From positions 1 through 42,030 of the forward strand of contig JAUCBJ010002898.1 of NCBI GenBank assembly GCA_032718475.1: a DNA stretch of 42,030 nucleotides, written 5' to 3'. This stretch comes from Nemertoderma westbladi (Eukaryota > Animalia > Xenacoelomorpha). Positions within the stretch are counted from its first letter, which is position 1. Every line of letters starts with the position of its first letter. This document shows, in pieces, positions 11,901 through 25,040 of the stretch. A program made the position numbers and the translations under genes. A model generated the notes under the pieces. It ran no database searches, had not been told where the DNA came from, and saw nothing but the letters and a program-made list of their open reading frames with translations.

Positions 11901-14900
11901 GCTCACACAACTTTATAGTCCGTTCACACAACTTTATAGTCCGCTCACAGAATCATATAGTCCGCTCACACAATTTTATACCCGCTCACCTAACTATATA
12001 GTCCGCTCACACAATTTTATAGTCCGCTCACACAATTTTATAGTCCGCTCACACAATTATATAGTCCGCTCACCTAACTATATAGTCCGCTCACACAACT
12101 ATATAGTCCGCTCACACAACTTTATAGTCCGCTCACACAACTTTATAGTCCGCTCACAGAATCATATAGTCCGCTCACACAATTTTATACCCGCTCACAC
12201 AACTTTATAGTCCGCTCACACAATTTTATAGTCCGCATACACAACTTTATAGTCCGCTCACAGAATCATATAGTCCGCTCACACAACTATATAGTCCGCT
12301 CACACAACTTTATAGTCCGTTCACACAACTTTATAGTCCGCTCACACAACTTTATAGTCCGCTCACAGAATCATATAGTCCGCTCACACAACTATATAGT
12401 CCGCTCACACAAATTTATAGTCCGTTCACACAACTTTATAGTCCGCTCACAGAATCATATAGTCCGCTCACACAATTTTATACCCGCTCACCTAACTATA
12501 TAGTCCGCTCACACAATTTTATAGTCCGCTCACACAATTATATAGTCCGCTCACCTAACTATATAGTCCGCTCACACAACTATATAGTCCGTTCACACAA
12601 CTTTATAGTCCGCTCACAGAATCATATAGTCCGCTCACACAATTTTATACCCGCTCACCTAACTATATAGTCCGCTCACACAATTTTATAGTCCGCTCAC
12701 ACAATTATATAGTCCGCTCACCTAACTATATAGTCCGCTCACACAACTATATAGTCCGTTCACACAACTTTATAGTCCGCTCACAGAATCATATAGTCCG
12801 CTCACACAACTATATAGTCCGCTCACACAAATTTATAGTCCGTTCACACAACTTTATAGTCCGCTCACAGAATCATATAGTCCGCTCACACAATTTTATA
12901 CCCGCTCACCTAACTATATAGTCCGCTCACACAATTTTATAGTCCGCTCACACAATTATATAGTCCGCTCACCTAACTATATAGTCCGCTCACACAACTA
13001 TATAGTCCGCTCACACAACTTTATAGTCCGTTCACACAACTTTATAGTCCGCTCACACAACTTTATAGTCCGCTCACAGAATCATATAGTCCGCTCACAC
13101 AACTATATAGTCCGCTCACACAACTTTATAGTCCGTTCACACAACTTTATAGTCCGCTCACACAACTTTATAGTCCGCTCACAGAATCATATAGTCCGCT
13201 CACACAACTTTATAGTCCGTTCACACAACTTTATAGTCCGCTCACACAACTTTATAGTCCGCTCACAGAATCATATAGTCCGCTCACACAACTATATAGT
13301 CCGCTCACCTAACTATATAGTCCGCTCACACAACTATATAGTCCGCTCACACAACTTTATAGTCCGTTCACACAACTTTATAGTCCGCTCACACAACTTT
13401 ATAGTCCGCTCACAGAATCATATAGTCCGCTCACACAATTTTATACCCGCTCACCTAACTATATAGTCCGCTCACAGAATCATATAGTCCGCTCACACAA
13501 TTTTATAGTCAGCTCACACAATTTTATAGTCCGCATACACAACTTTATAGTCCGCTCACAGAATCATATAGTCCGCTCACACAACTATATAGTCCGCTCA
13601 CACAAATTTATAGTCCGTTCACACAACTTTATAGTCCGCTCACAGAATCATATAGTCCGCTCACACAATTTTATACCCGCTCACCTAACTATATAGTCCG
13701 CTCACACAATTTTATAGTCCGCTCACACAATTATATAGTCCGCTCACCTAACTATATAGTCCGCTCACACAACTATATAGTCCGTTCACACAACTTTATA
13801 GTCCGCTCACAGAATCATATAGTCCGCTCACACAACTATATAGTCCGCTCACACAAATTTATAGTCCGTTCACACAACTTTATAGTCCGCTCACAGAATC
13901 ATATAGTCCGCTCACACAATTTTATACCCGCTCACCTAACTATATAGTCCGCTCACACAATTTTATAGTCCGCTCACACAATTATATAGTCCGCTCACCT
14001 AACTATATAGTCCGCTCACACAACTATATAGTCCGCTCACACAACTTTATAGTCCGTTCACACAACTTTATAGTCCGCTCACACAACTTTATAGTCCGCT
14101 CACAGAATCATATAGTCCGCTCACACAACTATATAGTCCGCTCACACAAATTTATAGTCCGTTCACACAACTTTATAGTCCGCTCACAGAATCATATAGT
14201 CCGCTCACACAATTTTATACCCGCTCACCTAACTATATAGTCCGCTCACACAATTTTATAGTCCGCTCACACAATTATATAGTCCGCTCACCTAACTATA
14301 TAGTCCGTTCACACAACTTTATAGTCCGCTCGCACAACTTTATAGTCCGTCCACACAACTTTATTGACAGCTCACACAACTATATAGTCCGCTCACCTAA
14401 CTATATAGTCCGCTCACACAACTATATAGTCCGTTCACACAACTTTATAGTCCGCTCACAGAATCATATAGTCCGCTCACACAATTTTATACCCGCTCAC
14501 CTAACTATATAGTCCGCTCACAGAATCATATAGTCCGCTCACACAATTTTATAGTCAGCTCACACAATTTTATAGTCCGCATACACAACTTTATAGTCCG
14601 CTCACAGAATCATATAGTCCGCTCACACAACTATATAGTCCGCTCACACAAATTTATAGTCCGTTCACACAACTTTATAGTCCGCTCACAGAATCATATA
14701 GTCCGCTCACACAATTTTATACCCGCTCACCTAACTATATAGTCCGCTCACACAATTTTATAGTCCGCTCACACAATTATATAGTCCGCTCACCTAACTA
14801 TATAGTCCGCTCACACAACTATATAGTCCGTTCACACAACTTTATAGTCCGCTCGCACAACTTTATAGTCCGTCCACACAACTTTATTGACAGCTCACAC

Positions 14901-17770
14901 AACTATATAGTCCGCTCACCTAACTATATAGTCCGCTCACACAACTATATAGTCCGTTCACACAACTTTATAGTCCGCTCACACAATTATATAGTCCGCT
15001 CACCTAACTATATAGTCCGTTCACACAACTTTATAGTCCGCTCACACAATTTTATAGTCCGCTCACACAATTTTATAGTCCGCTTACACAACTATATAGT
15101 CCGCTTACACAACTATATAGTCCGCTCACACAACTTTATAGTCCGTTCACACAACTTTATAGTCCGCTCACAGAATCATATAGTCCGCTCACACAATTTT
15201 ATACCCGCTCACCTAACTATATAGTCCGCTCACACAATTTTATAGTCCGCTCACACAATTATATAGTCCGCTCACCTAACTATATAGTCCGCTCACACAA
15301 TTTTATAGTCCGCTTACACAACTATATAGTCCGCTTACACAACTATATAGTCCGCTCACACAACTATATAGTCCGCTCATACAATTTTATAGTCCGCTCA
15401 CACAATTTCATAGTCAGCTCACACAATTATATAATCCGCTCAAACAACTTTATAGTCCGCTCACACAATTTTATAGTCCGCTCACAGAATCATATAGTCC
15501 GCTCACACAATTTTAAACCCGCTCACCTAACTATATAGTCCGCTCACACAATTTTATACCCGCTCACCTAACTATATAGTCCGCTCACACAATTTTATAG
15601 TCCGCTCACACAATTTCATAGTCAGCTCACACAATTATATAATCCGCTCAAACAACTTTATAGTCAGCTCACACAATTTTATAGTCCGCTCACACAACCT
15701 TATAGACCGCTCAATGCTCACACAACTTTATAATCAGCTCACACAATTTTATAGTCCGCTCACACAATTTTCTAGTCCGCTCACACAACTATATAGTCCG
15801 CTCATACAATTTTCTAGTCCGCTCACACAACTATATAGTCCGCTCACACAATTTTATAGTCCGCTCGCACAACTTTATAGTCCGTCCACACAACTTTATT
15901 GACCGCTCACACAAATTTATAGTCCGTCCACACAACTTTATCCGCTCACACAATTTTATAGTCCGCTTACACAACTATATAGTCCGCTCACACAACTATA
16001 TAGTCCGCTCACACAACTATATAGTCCGTCCACACAACTTTATCCGCTCACACAATTTTATAGTCCGCTTACACAACTATATAGTCCGCTTACACAACTA
16101 TATAATCCGCTCACACAACTATATAGTCCGTTCACACAACTATATAGTCCGCTCACACAACTATATAGTCCGCTCACACAACTTTATAGTCCGCTCACAG
16201 AATTATATAGTTCGCTCACACAATTTTATAGTCCGCTCAAACAACTTTATAGACCGCTCACACAACTTTATAGTCCGCTCACAGAATTTTATAGTCCGCT
16301 CACACAACTATATAGTCCGCTCACACAATTATATAGTCCGCTCACACAACTTTATAGTCCGCTCAAACAACTTTATAGACCGCTCACACAACTTTATAGT
16401 CCGCTCACAGAATTTTATAGTCCGCTCACACAACTATATAGTCCGCTCACACAATTATATAGTCCGCTCACACAACTTTATAGTCCGCTCAAACAACTTT
16501 ATAGACCGCTCACACAACATTTTAGTCCGCGCTCTCAGAATTATATAGTCCGCTCACACAATTTTATAGTCCGCTCAAACAACTTTATAGACCGCTCACA
16601 CAATTTTATAGTCCGCTCACAGAATTATATAGTTCGCTCATACAATTTTATAGTCCGCTCAAACAACTTTATAGACCGCTCACACAACATTTTAGTCCGC
16701 GCTCTCAGAATTATATAGTCCGCTCACACAATTTTATAGTCCGCTCAAACAACTTTATAGACCGCTCACACAATTTTATAGTCCGCTCACAGAATTATAT
16801 AGTTCGCTCATACAATTTTATAGTCCGCTCACACATCTTTATAGACCGCTCATACAACTTTTTAGTCCGCCACATATTTATAAAGTCCGCTCACACAACG
16901 TTACCGCTCATACAATTTTATAGACAGCTCACACAACTTTTTAGTCCGCTCACACAACTTTATAGTCCGCTCACACAATTATAAAGTACGCTCACACAAT
17001 TTTATAGACCGCTCACAAAATTTTATTCTCCGCTTACACAACATTCAATCCACTCAGACAACTTTAAAGACTGCTCTCACTTTGATAAAGCGCTCACACA
17101 AATTTATAGACCGCACACACAACTTTATAGTCCGCTCACAAAAATGTATATCCGATCGCCCAACTTTATAGTCCGCTTACATAACTTTATAGACAACACA
17201 CAACTTTATATACGGCTCACAAATAACTTATAGTGGGCTCATACAACTTTATAGTCCGCTCACACAACTTTATAGTCCGCTTACACAACTTTTTAGTCCG
17301 CTCACACAACTTTATAGTCCGCTCACACAACTTTATAGTCCGCTCACAAAAATGTATATCCGATCGCCCAACTTTATAGTCCGCTTACATAACTTTATAG
17401 ACAACACACAACTTTATATACGGCTCACAAATAACTTATAGTGGGTTCATACAACTTTATAGTCCGCTCACACAACTTTATAGTCCGCTTACACAACTTT
17501 TTAGTCCGCTCACACAACTTTATAGTCCGCTACACAACTTTATAGTCCGCTCACAAAAATTTATATCCGATCGCCCAACTTTATAGTCCGCTTACATAAC
17601 TTTAGAGACAACACACAACTTTATAGACGGCTCACAAATAACTTATAGTGGGCTCATACAACTTTATAGTCCGCTCACACAACTTTATAGTCCGCTTACA
17701 CAACTTTTTAGTCCGCTCACACAACTTTATAGTCCGCTCACACAACTTTATAGTCCGCATACATACTTTC
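8961..17770. repeat. 21-bp satellite array (tatagtccgctcacacaactt), ~8.8 kb, ~420 units, with higher-order repeats
   Basis: Continuous tandem units with recurrent variants (cagaatca, cctaacta, tatacccg, cgcatac); more diverged at both ends. Confidence 0.98.
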
Positions 17771-17867
17771 TATTAGTATGCTTAAGCAATAACTAAAATT
17801 ATTTAAAACGACTACAATCTTATAAAAGTTGAAGATTACTTTAATGAATGAATTCCACGTCACTTAC

Positions 17868-18004
17868 TGAGTATTGGAACTGACTGCACCGGAGGGGTCT
17901 GGACGTCTTCCGTTATCGAATGATTTGTAATCCTCACTAAGATCAGGGTGTTGCTGAATAACCGCCATATCTTGTGATAACTGCGACAAATTCAGTTCAG
18001 CTTG
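17868..18004 (-). CDS. Internal exon (137 bp) of unknown minus-strand gene
   Basis: Acceptor ttttttcacag|CAA, donor CA|gtaagtg; open frame QAELNLSQLSQDMAVIQQHPDLSEDYKSFDNGRRPDPSGAVSSNT, in phase with the upstream exon. Confidence 0.75.
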
Positions 18005-18759
18005 CTGTGAAAAAAGTGTTTATTAGTAAATATTGACATAAAATCATGACCCATGTTTCCCATAATTACATTAACATCATAAATATTATTAATTAGTTGT
18101 TTGAAATGCTAATTTATATTATACAATATAATGAATGCAATGGTGGACGCATTTCAGGTAAAAATGTATTTAAAAAAAAGACGAAATGTGAGATTTAATC
18201 TAATATAGTGTAACTGTATAAATTAATATGCGTAGTGCAGAGACACTCCATCACAATAACAACACTCTTCACTGCGTCACTCTACCTAACACCTAAGTCC
18301 CCCCACCCCCTCTTCCCTCCTCTATCTTGCATCAACAGCCTCCATTTTCAATCTACCCAAACGCTCATAAAATAGCCATCTTGGTTCAGTAGTTACTCGC
18401 ACACAATATATCATTACGGATTTGTGTAGCGTTGTGCAATGCGCTTCAAAAGTTTATGGGCCAATAATAAATGGAATTCGCATTGATTGATTGTCCTGGG
18501 TGAGGCCTGGAGGCGTAACGTAGATTCTACATGGTTTGCTCTTACATATCAAATGAAATATATTCAGTCTAGACCAGTTTATTTACAGTTATTGTACTAA
18601 ATTTGGTGCCTTTTTAATGAACTAATCGCACGGAACGATGGAAATTACATGAGATGGTGATCGGCAAAGCGATTATATAGAGGACACCACTCTAATTCCC
18701 AGCACCCACAACTACCCAATGCCTTATTTACACAACCCAGCAGAACCCCCCATCAGCGT

Positions 18760-20045
18760 TACTTACTTACCCGACTGAGCAACCAACTCCTGCCCCACTC
18801 GCTGCTCCAATAAGGCTGGTATTCTCTTACTTACTTACTTACCCGACTGAGCAACCAACACCTGCCCCACTCGCTGCTCCAATAAGGCGGGTATTATTTA
18901 CTTACTTACCCGACTGAGCAACCAACTCCTGCCCCACTCGCTGCTCCAATAAGGCGGGTATTCTCTTACTTACTTACCCGACTGAGCAACCAACTCCTGC
19001 CCCACTCGCTGCTCCAATAAGGCGGGTATTCTCTTACTTACTTACCCGACTGAGCAACCAACTCCTGCCCCACTCGCTGCTCCAATAAGGCGGGTATTCT
19101 CTTACTTACTTACCCGACTGAGCAACCAACTCCTGCCCCACTCGCTGCTCCAATAAGGCGGGTATTCTCTTACTTACCCGACTGAGCAATCAACTCCTGC
19201 CCCACTCGCTGCTCCAATAAGGCGGGTATTCTCTTACTTACTTACCCGACTGAGCAACCAACTCCTGCCCCACTCGCTGCTCCAATAAGGCGGGTATTCT
19301 CTTACTTACTTACCCGACTGAGCAACCAACTCCTGCCCCACTCCCTGCTCCAATAAGGCGGGTATTCTCTTACTTACCCGACTGAGCAATCAACTCCTGC
19401 CCCACTCGCTGCTCCAATAAGGCGGGTATTATATTACTTACTTACCCGACTGAGCAACCAACTCCTGCCCCACTCGCTGCTCCAATAAGGCGGGTATTCT
19501 CTTACTTACTTACCCGACTGAGCAACCAACTCCTGCCCCACTCGCTGCTCCAATAAGGCGGGTATTCTCTTACTTACTTACCCGACTGAGCAACCAACTC
19601 CTGCCCCACTCGCTGCTCCAATAAGGCGGGTATTCTCTTACTTACTTACCCGACTGAGCAACCAACTCCTGCCCCACTCGCTGCTCCAATAAGGCGGGTA
19701 TTCCCTTACTTACTTACCCGATTGAGCAACCAACTCCTGCCCCACTCGCTGCTCCAATAAGGCGGGTATTCCCTTACTTACTTACCCGACTGAGCAACCA
19801 ACTCCTGCCCCACTCGCTGCTCCAATAAGGCGGGTATTCTCTTACTTACTTACCCGACTGAGCAACCAACTTCTGCCCCACTCGCTGCTCCAATAAGGCG
19901 GGTATTCTCTTACTTACTTACCCGACTGAGCAACCAACTCCTGCCCCACTCGCTGCTCCAATAAGGCGGGTATTCTCTTACTTACTTACCCGACTGAGCA
20001 ACCAACTCCTGCCCCACTCGCTGCTCCAATAAGGCGGGTATTCTC
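18760..20045 (-). repeat. 64-72 bp (mostly 68 bp) tandem repeat, 19 copies, made of an exon 3' end plus 5' splice site
   Basis: Minus-strand unit agaatacccgccttattggagcagcgagtggggcaggagttggttgctcagtcgg|gtaagtaagtaag; length varies with the number of TTAC tetramers; the rightmost copy is continuous with the real exon. Confidence 0.95.
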
Positions 20046-20298
20046 TCTTCCTCAGCGATTCCTTGGCCTCCTTCTCCCGTTGGAGATCCTCCTCATCTCG
20101 CGCCCAATCCTCTGCCGAACGTTTCGGAGCCGGAGCCGGAGGCGGAGTTGGTAACACCGGGGCGACCGCTGTTTCGTAGACCCTTTTAGCGTTGCTTAGC
20201 GACGTGAGCGACGGCGCGTAAGATATTCCCTGATAGGGAGCTGATGAGGTGCGACTGGGTTGGCTGGAGTCTGGGGTACTCATTGCCTCGTAATCAAT
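19990..20298 (-). CDS. Internal exon (309 bp) of unknown minus-strand gene, Ser/Pro-rich then charged
   Basis: Acceptor ttttttgatttttag|ATT, donor CGG|gtaagt; GC-rich open frame IDYEAMSTPDSSQPS...PTPPPAPAPKRSAEDWARDEEDLQREKEAKE...WLLSR, phase 0-0. Confidence 0.8.
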
Positions 20299-20510
20299 CT
20301 AAAAATCAAAAAATTAGGTGTTTAGGCCTAGGGAGGAAGAACACAACCGCTGAAATAGATGTAATAGGTGTAATAGGATACGTTCATTCCTTCAAATTGG
20401 CAGCGGTTTATATATACAATACACATTGTGGGGTCTTCTGGCAGTAAGTCAAGTCAAAGCCTATTTTACTGAATGTAAACTATTGGGTAGGTAAAAAGTG
20501 TGTTTGTAGT

Positions 20511-20570
20511 GACAGTGTGGTAGCTCAGTTGGAAACCGAAAGTACATGGATCCAAAATCCGTTCAGACGC
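20511..20570 (+). other. Degenerate tRNA/SINE-head-like fragment
   Basis: A-box-like tagctcagttgg (20521-20532); the downstream B-box is poor and no cloverleaf forms. Confidence 0.25.
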
Positions 20571-22088
20571 AGAAAATATTTTATAATCATTGATTACATT
20601 CTAATTCCGCTTAAAAGTCTCTGAATTTATTCCACAAAGTCGATGAAATGTTTTTTTGTTGTTGAAATTTACGAGCCAGGAAGGAGTACAGCATATGACC
20701 AGAAACTACAAAAACAAACTTATGTTTGATATCGACTTTATCACCAGATACCTATCGACTATAGGACTCTGCGCCTTGCATATTTTAATAACTAAATGAA
20801 AAAGGCGGTATTCAGTTGAGAGTTATGCGTTCTGTCAAGCACAAGGTGTTACGCAGGGTGCCACAGCCGCCTCTAAGACGATGAGTTGGGCTGCATATTT
20901 CTTTAATGTTTTATTAATGGGACGAGGGAGGCCAAGCGAAGAGATAATGCGGCGAACTGTCAATGGAAGCCAAAAAAAACCGGATATACAAATTATATTA
21001 GTTGCGATTCAAATAATATGCGAAGGAAGACGCGATGTAATTGTTGGAACATCGTCGGAGAGAACCGAACCGAGGTGAATGGACTATCTCGCGCGGATGG
21101 ACAATTACAGCGCGGGAATAATAGCTGACAAATAAGTTAATCACATGTGGAACTCGGTGGTTGTTCTAAGCAAGGAGAAGCGCCGACCAATTGGCAAACG
21201 ATAATTGACTTGCGCTGCCTTCAAAGGGATTAAAATATCCAACATATTGGCAATGTGGAGATACAAGTTCTCAGACGTGTTTACAGTAGAATGTCGATGT
21301 GGCTTATTGGGGGCAATTATTAGCGACAACGAGTATAGATATTATTACTTCGCTCGTGTCCCCAAGGAGCTGTTCTAATCAACCTGTAACGAACTCATAT
21401 CCCTTCAGGATGGCGCCTCGGGTCGCTGCACACTCGGCCTGGATGGATGGATAGCCTTGCTGAAATCTTGTTCACGTGATATAACCCATGCGCCGTCTAG
21501 CGGTAATAAAAGGAACTGATATACTTGGACACACTTACTGGCGGTTCTATACATTGGTTTATTTTTTTGACGAATGAGTCACATGTTTTCGGGATCTTAA
21601 AATTTCGCACCCCAATTATTTCCTATTAATCTTGAATATCTCCATTTACGAAAACTGTAAAGTGTTTCAGAGAACTAGATAGTCATGTTTTATAACTTTC
21701 CAAGGACGGCAGACATTATACGTACCGGTAGTAAGATTCGAGCATTGTCACGAAAATCACAAGTTACCAATATTTTTCAAATTTTAAAAATACATTTGGA
21801 GACACATATATTTTCCTAATTTAGGTTTTCAAGTGTCCTGATTCAGATGCCAATCATTATTTTCAACGAATCTGATGATTTGTCGACTTTTCGCGGTTTA
21901 CCAAAAACGATTATCACAAGTAACCGACATTTTTTTAATTTAAAAAATGCCTTTATTTAGGGAGTTTGGGCGCTGATTCCGGAATATATATTTTCATCGA
22001 TAGACTGATTGACGGAAAGACAGACAGACAAGATTTTGACAAGCATGAACACAGATACCAGAAATGAAATCAGCGACCTCGAAAACCC

Positions 22089-22100
22089 GACAGACAGACT

Positions 22101-22172
<72 letters not shown>

Positions 22173-22199
22173 TACATACAGACAGACAGACAGACAGAA

Positions 22200-22280
<81 letters not shown>

Positions 22281-22340
22281 AACAGACAGACGGACAGACA
22301 GACAGACAGACAGACTGACAGACAGACTGACAGACTGATT

Positions 22341-22412
<72 letters not shown>

Positions 22413-22439
22413 TACATACAGACAGACAGACAGACAGAA

Positions 22440-22516
<77 letters not shown>

Positions 22517-22576
22517 AACAGACAGACGGACAGACAGACAGACAGACAGACTGACAGACAGACTGACAGACTGATT

Positions 22577-22612
<36 letters not shown>

Positions 22613-22639
22613 TACATACAGACAGACAGACAGACAGAA

Positions 22640-22692
<53 letters not shown>

Positions 22693-22779
22693 GGACAGAC
22701 AGACAGACAAACAGACAAACAGACAGACGGACAGACAGACAGACAGACAGACTGACAGACAGACTGACAGACTGATTGC

Positions 22780-22811
<32 letters not shown>

Positions 22812-22814
22812 GGC

Positions 22815-22851
<37 letters not shown>

Positions 22852-22852
22852 T

Positions 22853-22894
<42 letters not shown>

Positions 22895-22925
22895 GGACAG
22901 ACATACAGACATACAGACAGACAGA
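22089..22925. repeat. (GACA)n tetranucleotide microsatellite, ~840 bp, with ~240-bp internal duplication
   Basis: GACA runs with variant units (CATA, GACT, AACA) recurring at a 240-bp period (e.g. 22141-22260 equals 22381-22500). Confidence 0.97.
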
Positions 22926-23611
22926 TAAGTTTTTGATAAGCATGAAAACAGATACCAGAAATGGAATCAGCGACCTCGAAACCCCCCGTAGCGAAAATTT
23001 CAGCTCTGTGCTTCTTCATTAACATACATATATTACACATGTGATTACATTTTATTGACAGAATAATAGAGAGAAAATTTTGAGCGGGAAGGTTCAAACT
23101 TTAAACCCATTTTACTCGGAATTATTTTTTCTCGTTTTTGCTCCACTCAAAATCTACTCCTCCGTCATTTTTTCATCAAATCGTTTGAAATTTTCACACA
23201 GTGATCTAGAGATGTTGAGCAATAAAACTTCTACACAGAATTTTTAATTTTTGAATTTAAGTGGTGTTTTGGGCCGATAATGTAAAAAAATACAAAAATG
23301 TATATATTTTTAAATAAAAAATACACTTCCGGTCAAAATTTCAAAAATCTGTCTAGCAGTTCTCTAAAGCAGCCCCCACTGATGCCCCTTGCCAAATTTG
23401 AATTTAACTTGACTTAAATTCTAGGAGCCTTAGCATTTAGAATGAAAATCAGAAAAATTTGAATAAAATTGGCGGGAAATTCAAAATTAAATTTTTATTT
23501 CGAAAATCGTTTTAAGAATTAACTAATACATATGTATGTATAATTTCAGTGTATTTTTGCAATATAAACTCTTTTAAACCTCCAAAAACTGGAGGTGTCT
23601 CCAAAAGGTGA

Positions 23612-23639
<28 letters not shown>

Positions 23640-23643
<4 letters not shown>

Positions 23644-23729
23644 CAGGACTTAGGATTATCCAACTCTATAGCAAATGGATTTATTTTCATTCATTTGCTA
23701 TAGAGTTGGATCATCCTAAGGCCTGTTTA
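23640..23729. repeat. 90-bp near-perfect hairpin (~41-bp arms, 3 mismatches) preceded by a C28 run
   Basis: taaacaggacttaggattatccaactctatagcaaatggat pairs with attcatttgctatagagttggatcatcctaaggcctgttta; poly-C at 23612-23639. Confidence 0.9.
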
Positions 23730-25040
23730 AATTACTTAATAAGTTATAGAATTCTTTATTTGGTATTAGAGTTTCTCTAGGCTCGGACCACAATATGACA
23801 CCCCTGTTGGGAATTCTATTGTAGTGCCGCGAAAAGTCAATAAATAATTGGATTCATTGAAAATAATTAGGAACGGAATCACGCAGGATCGGAATCACGC
23901 CCGGACATCGGAATCAGGACACTAATACGACTTTATAAGATAAAGTCTTTTAATATTTGGGGCGCCTTGAATAAAATAGCAAAAACCAATATTACAGATA
24001 CTAAACACCTCCGAAGGAATCAACGCTACAGCTACTCGAAATATGACAAAGTTCGTATATATCAGTCATTTAGACAATAAAAAATTGAAAAAATTAAGAG
24101 AGAACCCATGACCCTAAATCAAAACAAAATTTTGCGAAATGTTGAAAAATAGAAAAATATATTAAGTCAGAAAGTTTCAAGGTGAAAGATAAAAACATTA
24201 TTTAGATATAAACAGTAGACAGTAAACAGTATATAAACAGAGATAGTTTGACCTCCCCTCTCCTTAGTGGGTGAGTCGGAATTTGTATTTCATTTGAAAA
24301 TGTTTAAAAAGTGTCCCCATCAGGTACTGTATAAACGAGGTGTACCACATCTTGGTGTGAACGGAGCAGTGTACATACACCATGTCATGGAACACCCCCC
24401 CCCCCCCCCGTATGTGGTGATATGTTTTGTTAAACGAACGAGTCTAGTGAGTGACATATAGGCAGGGGATCAAAAGACTGCAAGTAAATGTACACGTGCA
24501 GAGAATCTATCGCCGGGGCCTGCATCAGTATTTAGGCCTATATGGAAACACAAAATGTGAATTATTTATAGAACACTTTCCAGTTCATTTTGCGCTTATT
24601 GGTAACATCAAAGCTTCTAGAATATTAATTATTCGGGAGGTTGGACTTAGCTCCACTGTAGTTTTTTAACACTGATTTTTTCACGCTTTTGGCATATTAA
24701 AAACTGTATGTATGGGGATTTAGCAGGTTTCTGGTTTAAGATTTATGTTATTAATTAGTAATTTTAAATTGTGGCAGTTGAAAATGAACGATATAATGTT
24801 TCGTTTATCTTTTTTTTAACTGTTAACATATGAAACTGTAATTAGTTATTGTTGGTAATCACCTAAACTTATCGTACTGTAACAAATTCTGACTCTAGGG
24901 TTAGGGTTATTTACATCGCTTCGCAGAAACATTATTAACTTAAAGTAGCTGAGGTAATAAGTAAAGTAATAGGCTATCAATTAGCTTTATTCTTAACGAA
25001 TTAGATAGCCTTGCACATTCGCTAATTCTTTATTAATTAA

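Larger units (their letters stand above)
21832..23923. mobile_element. Composite non-autonomous transposon-like region with inverted arms around a (GACA)n core
   Basis: 21856-21896 vs 23827-23867 are inverted (35/41 matches); 21832-21844 vs 23911-23923 are inverted (13/13); ~70-bp direct repeats flank the microsatellite. True ends not located. Confidence 0.55.

Noticed and set aside
18760-20045. CRISPR-like array
   Set aside because: No unique spacers, no cas genes, eukaryotic context; the same applies to the other arrays.
21957-23097. ORFs of SVCL/TDRQ repeats
   Set aside because: Translations of the (GACA)n microsatellite.
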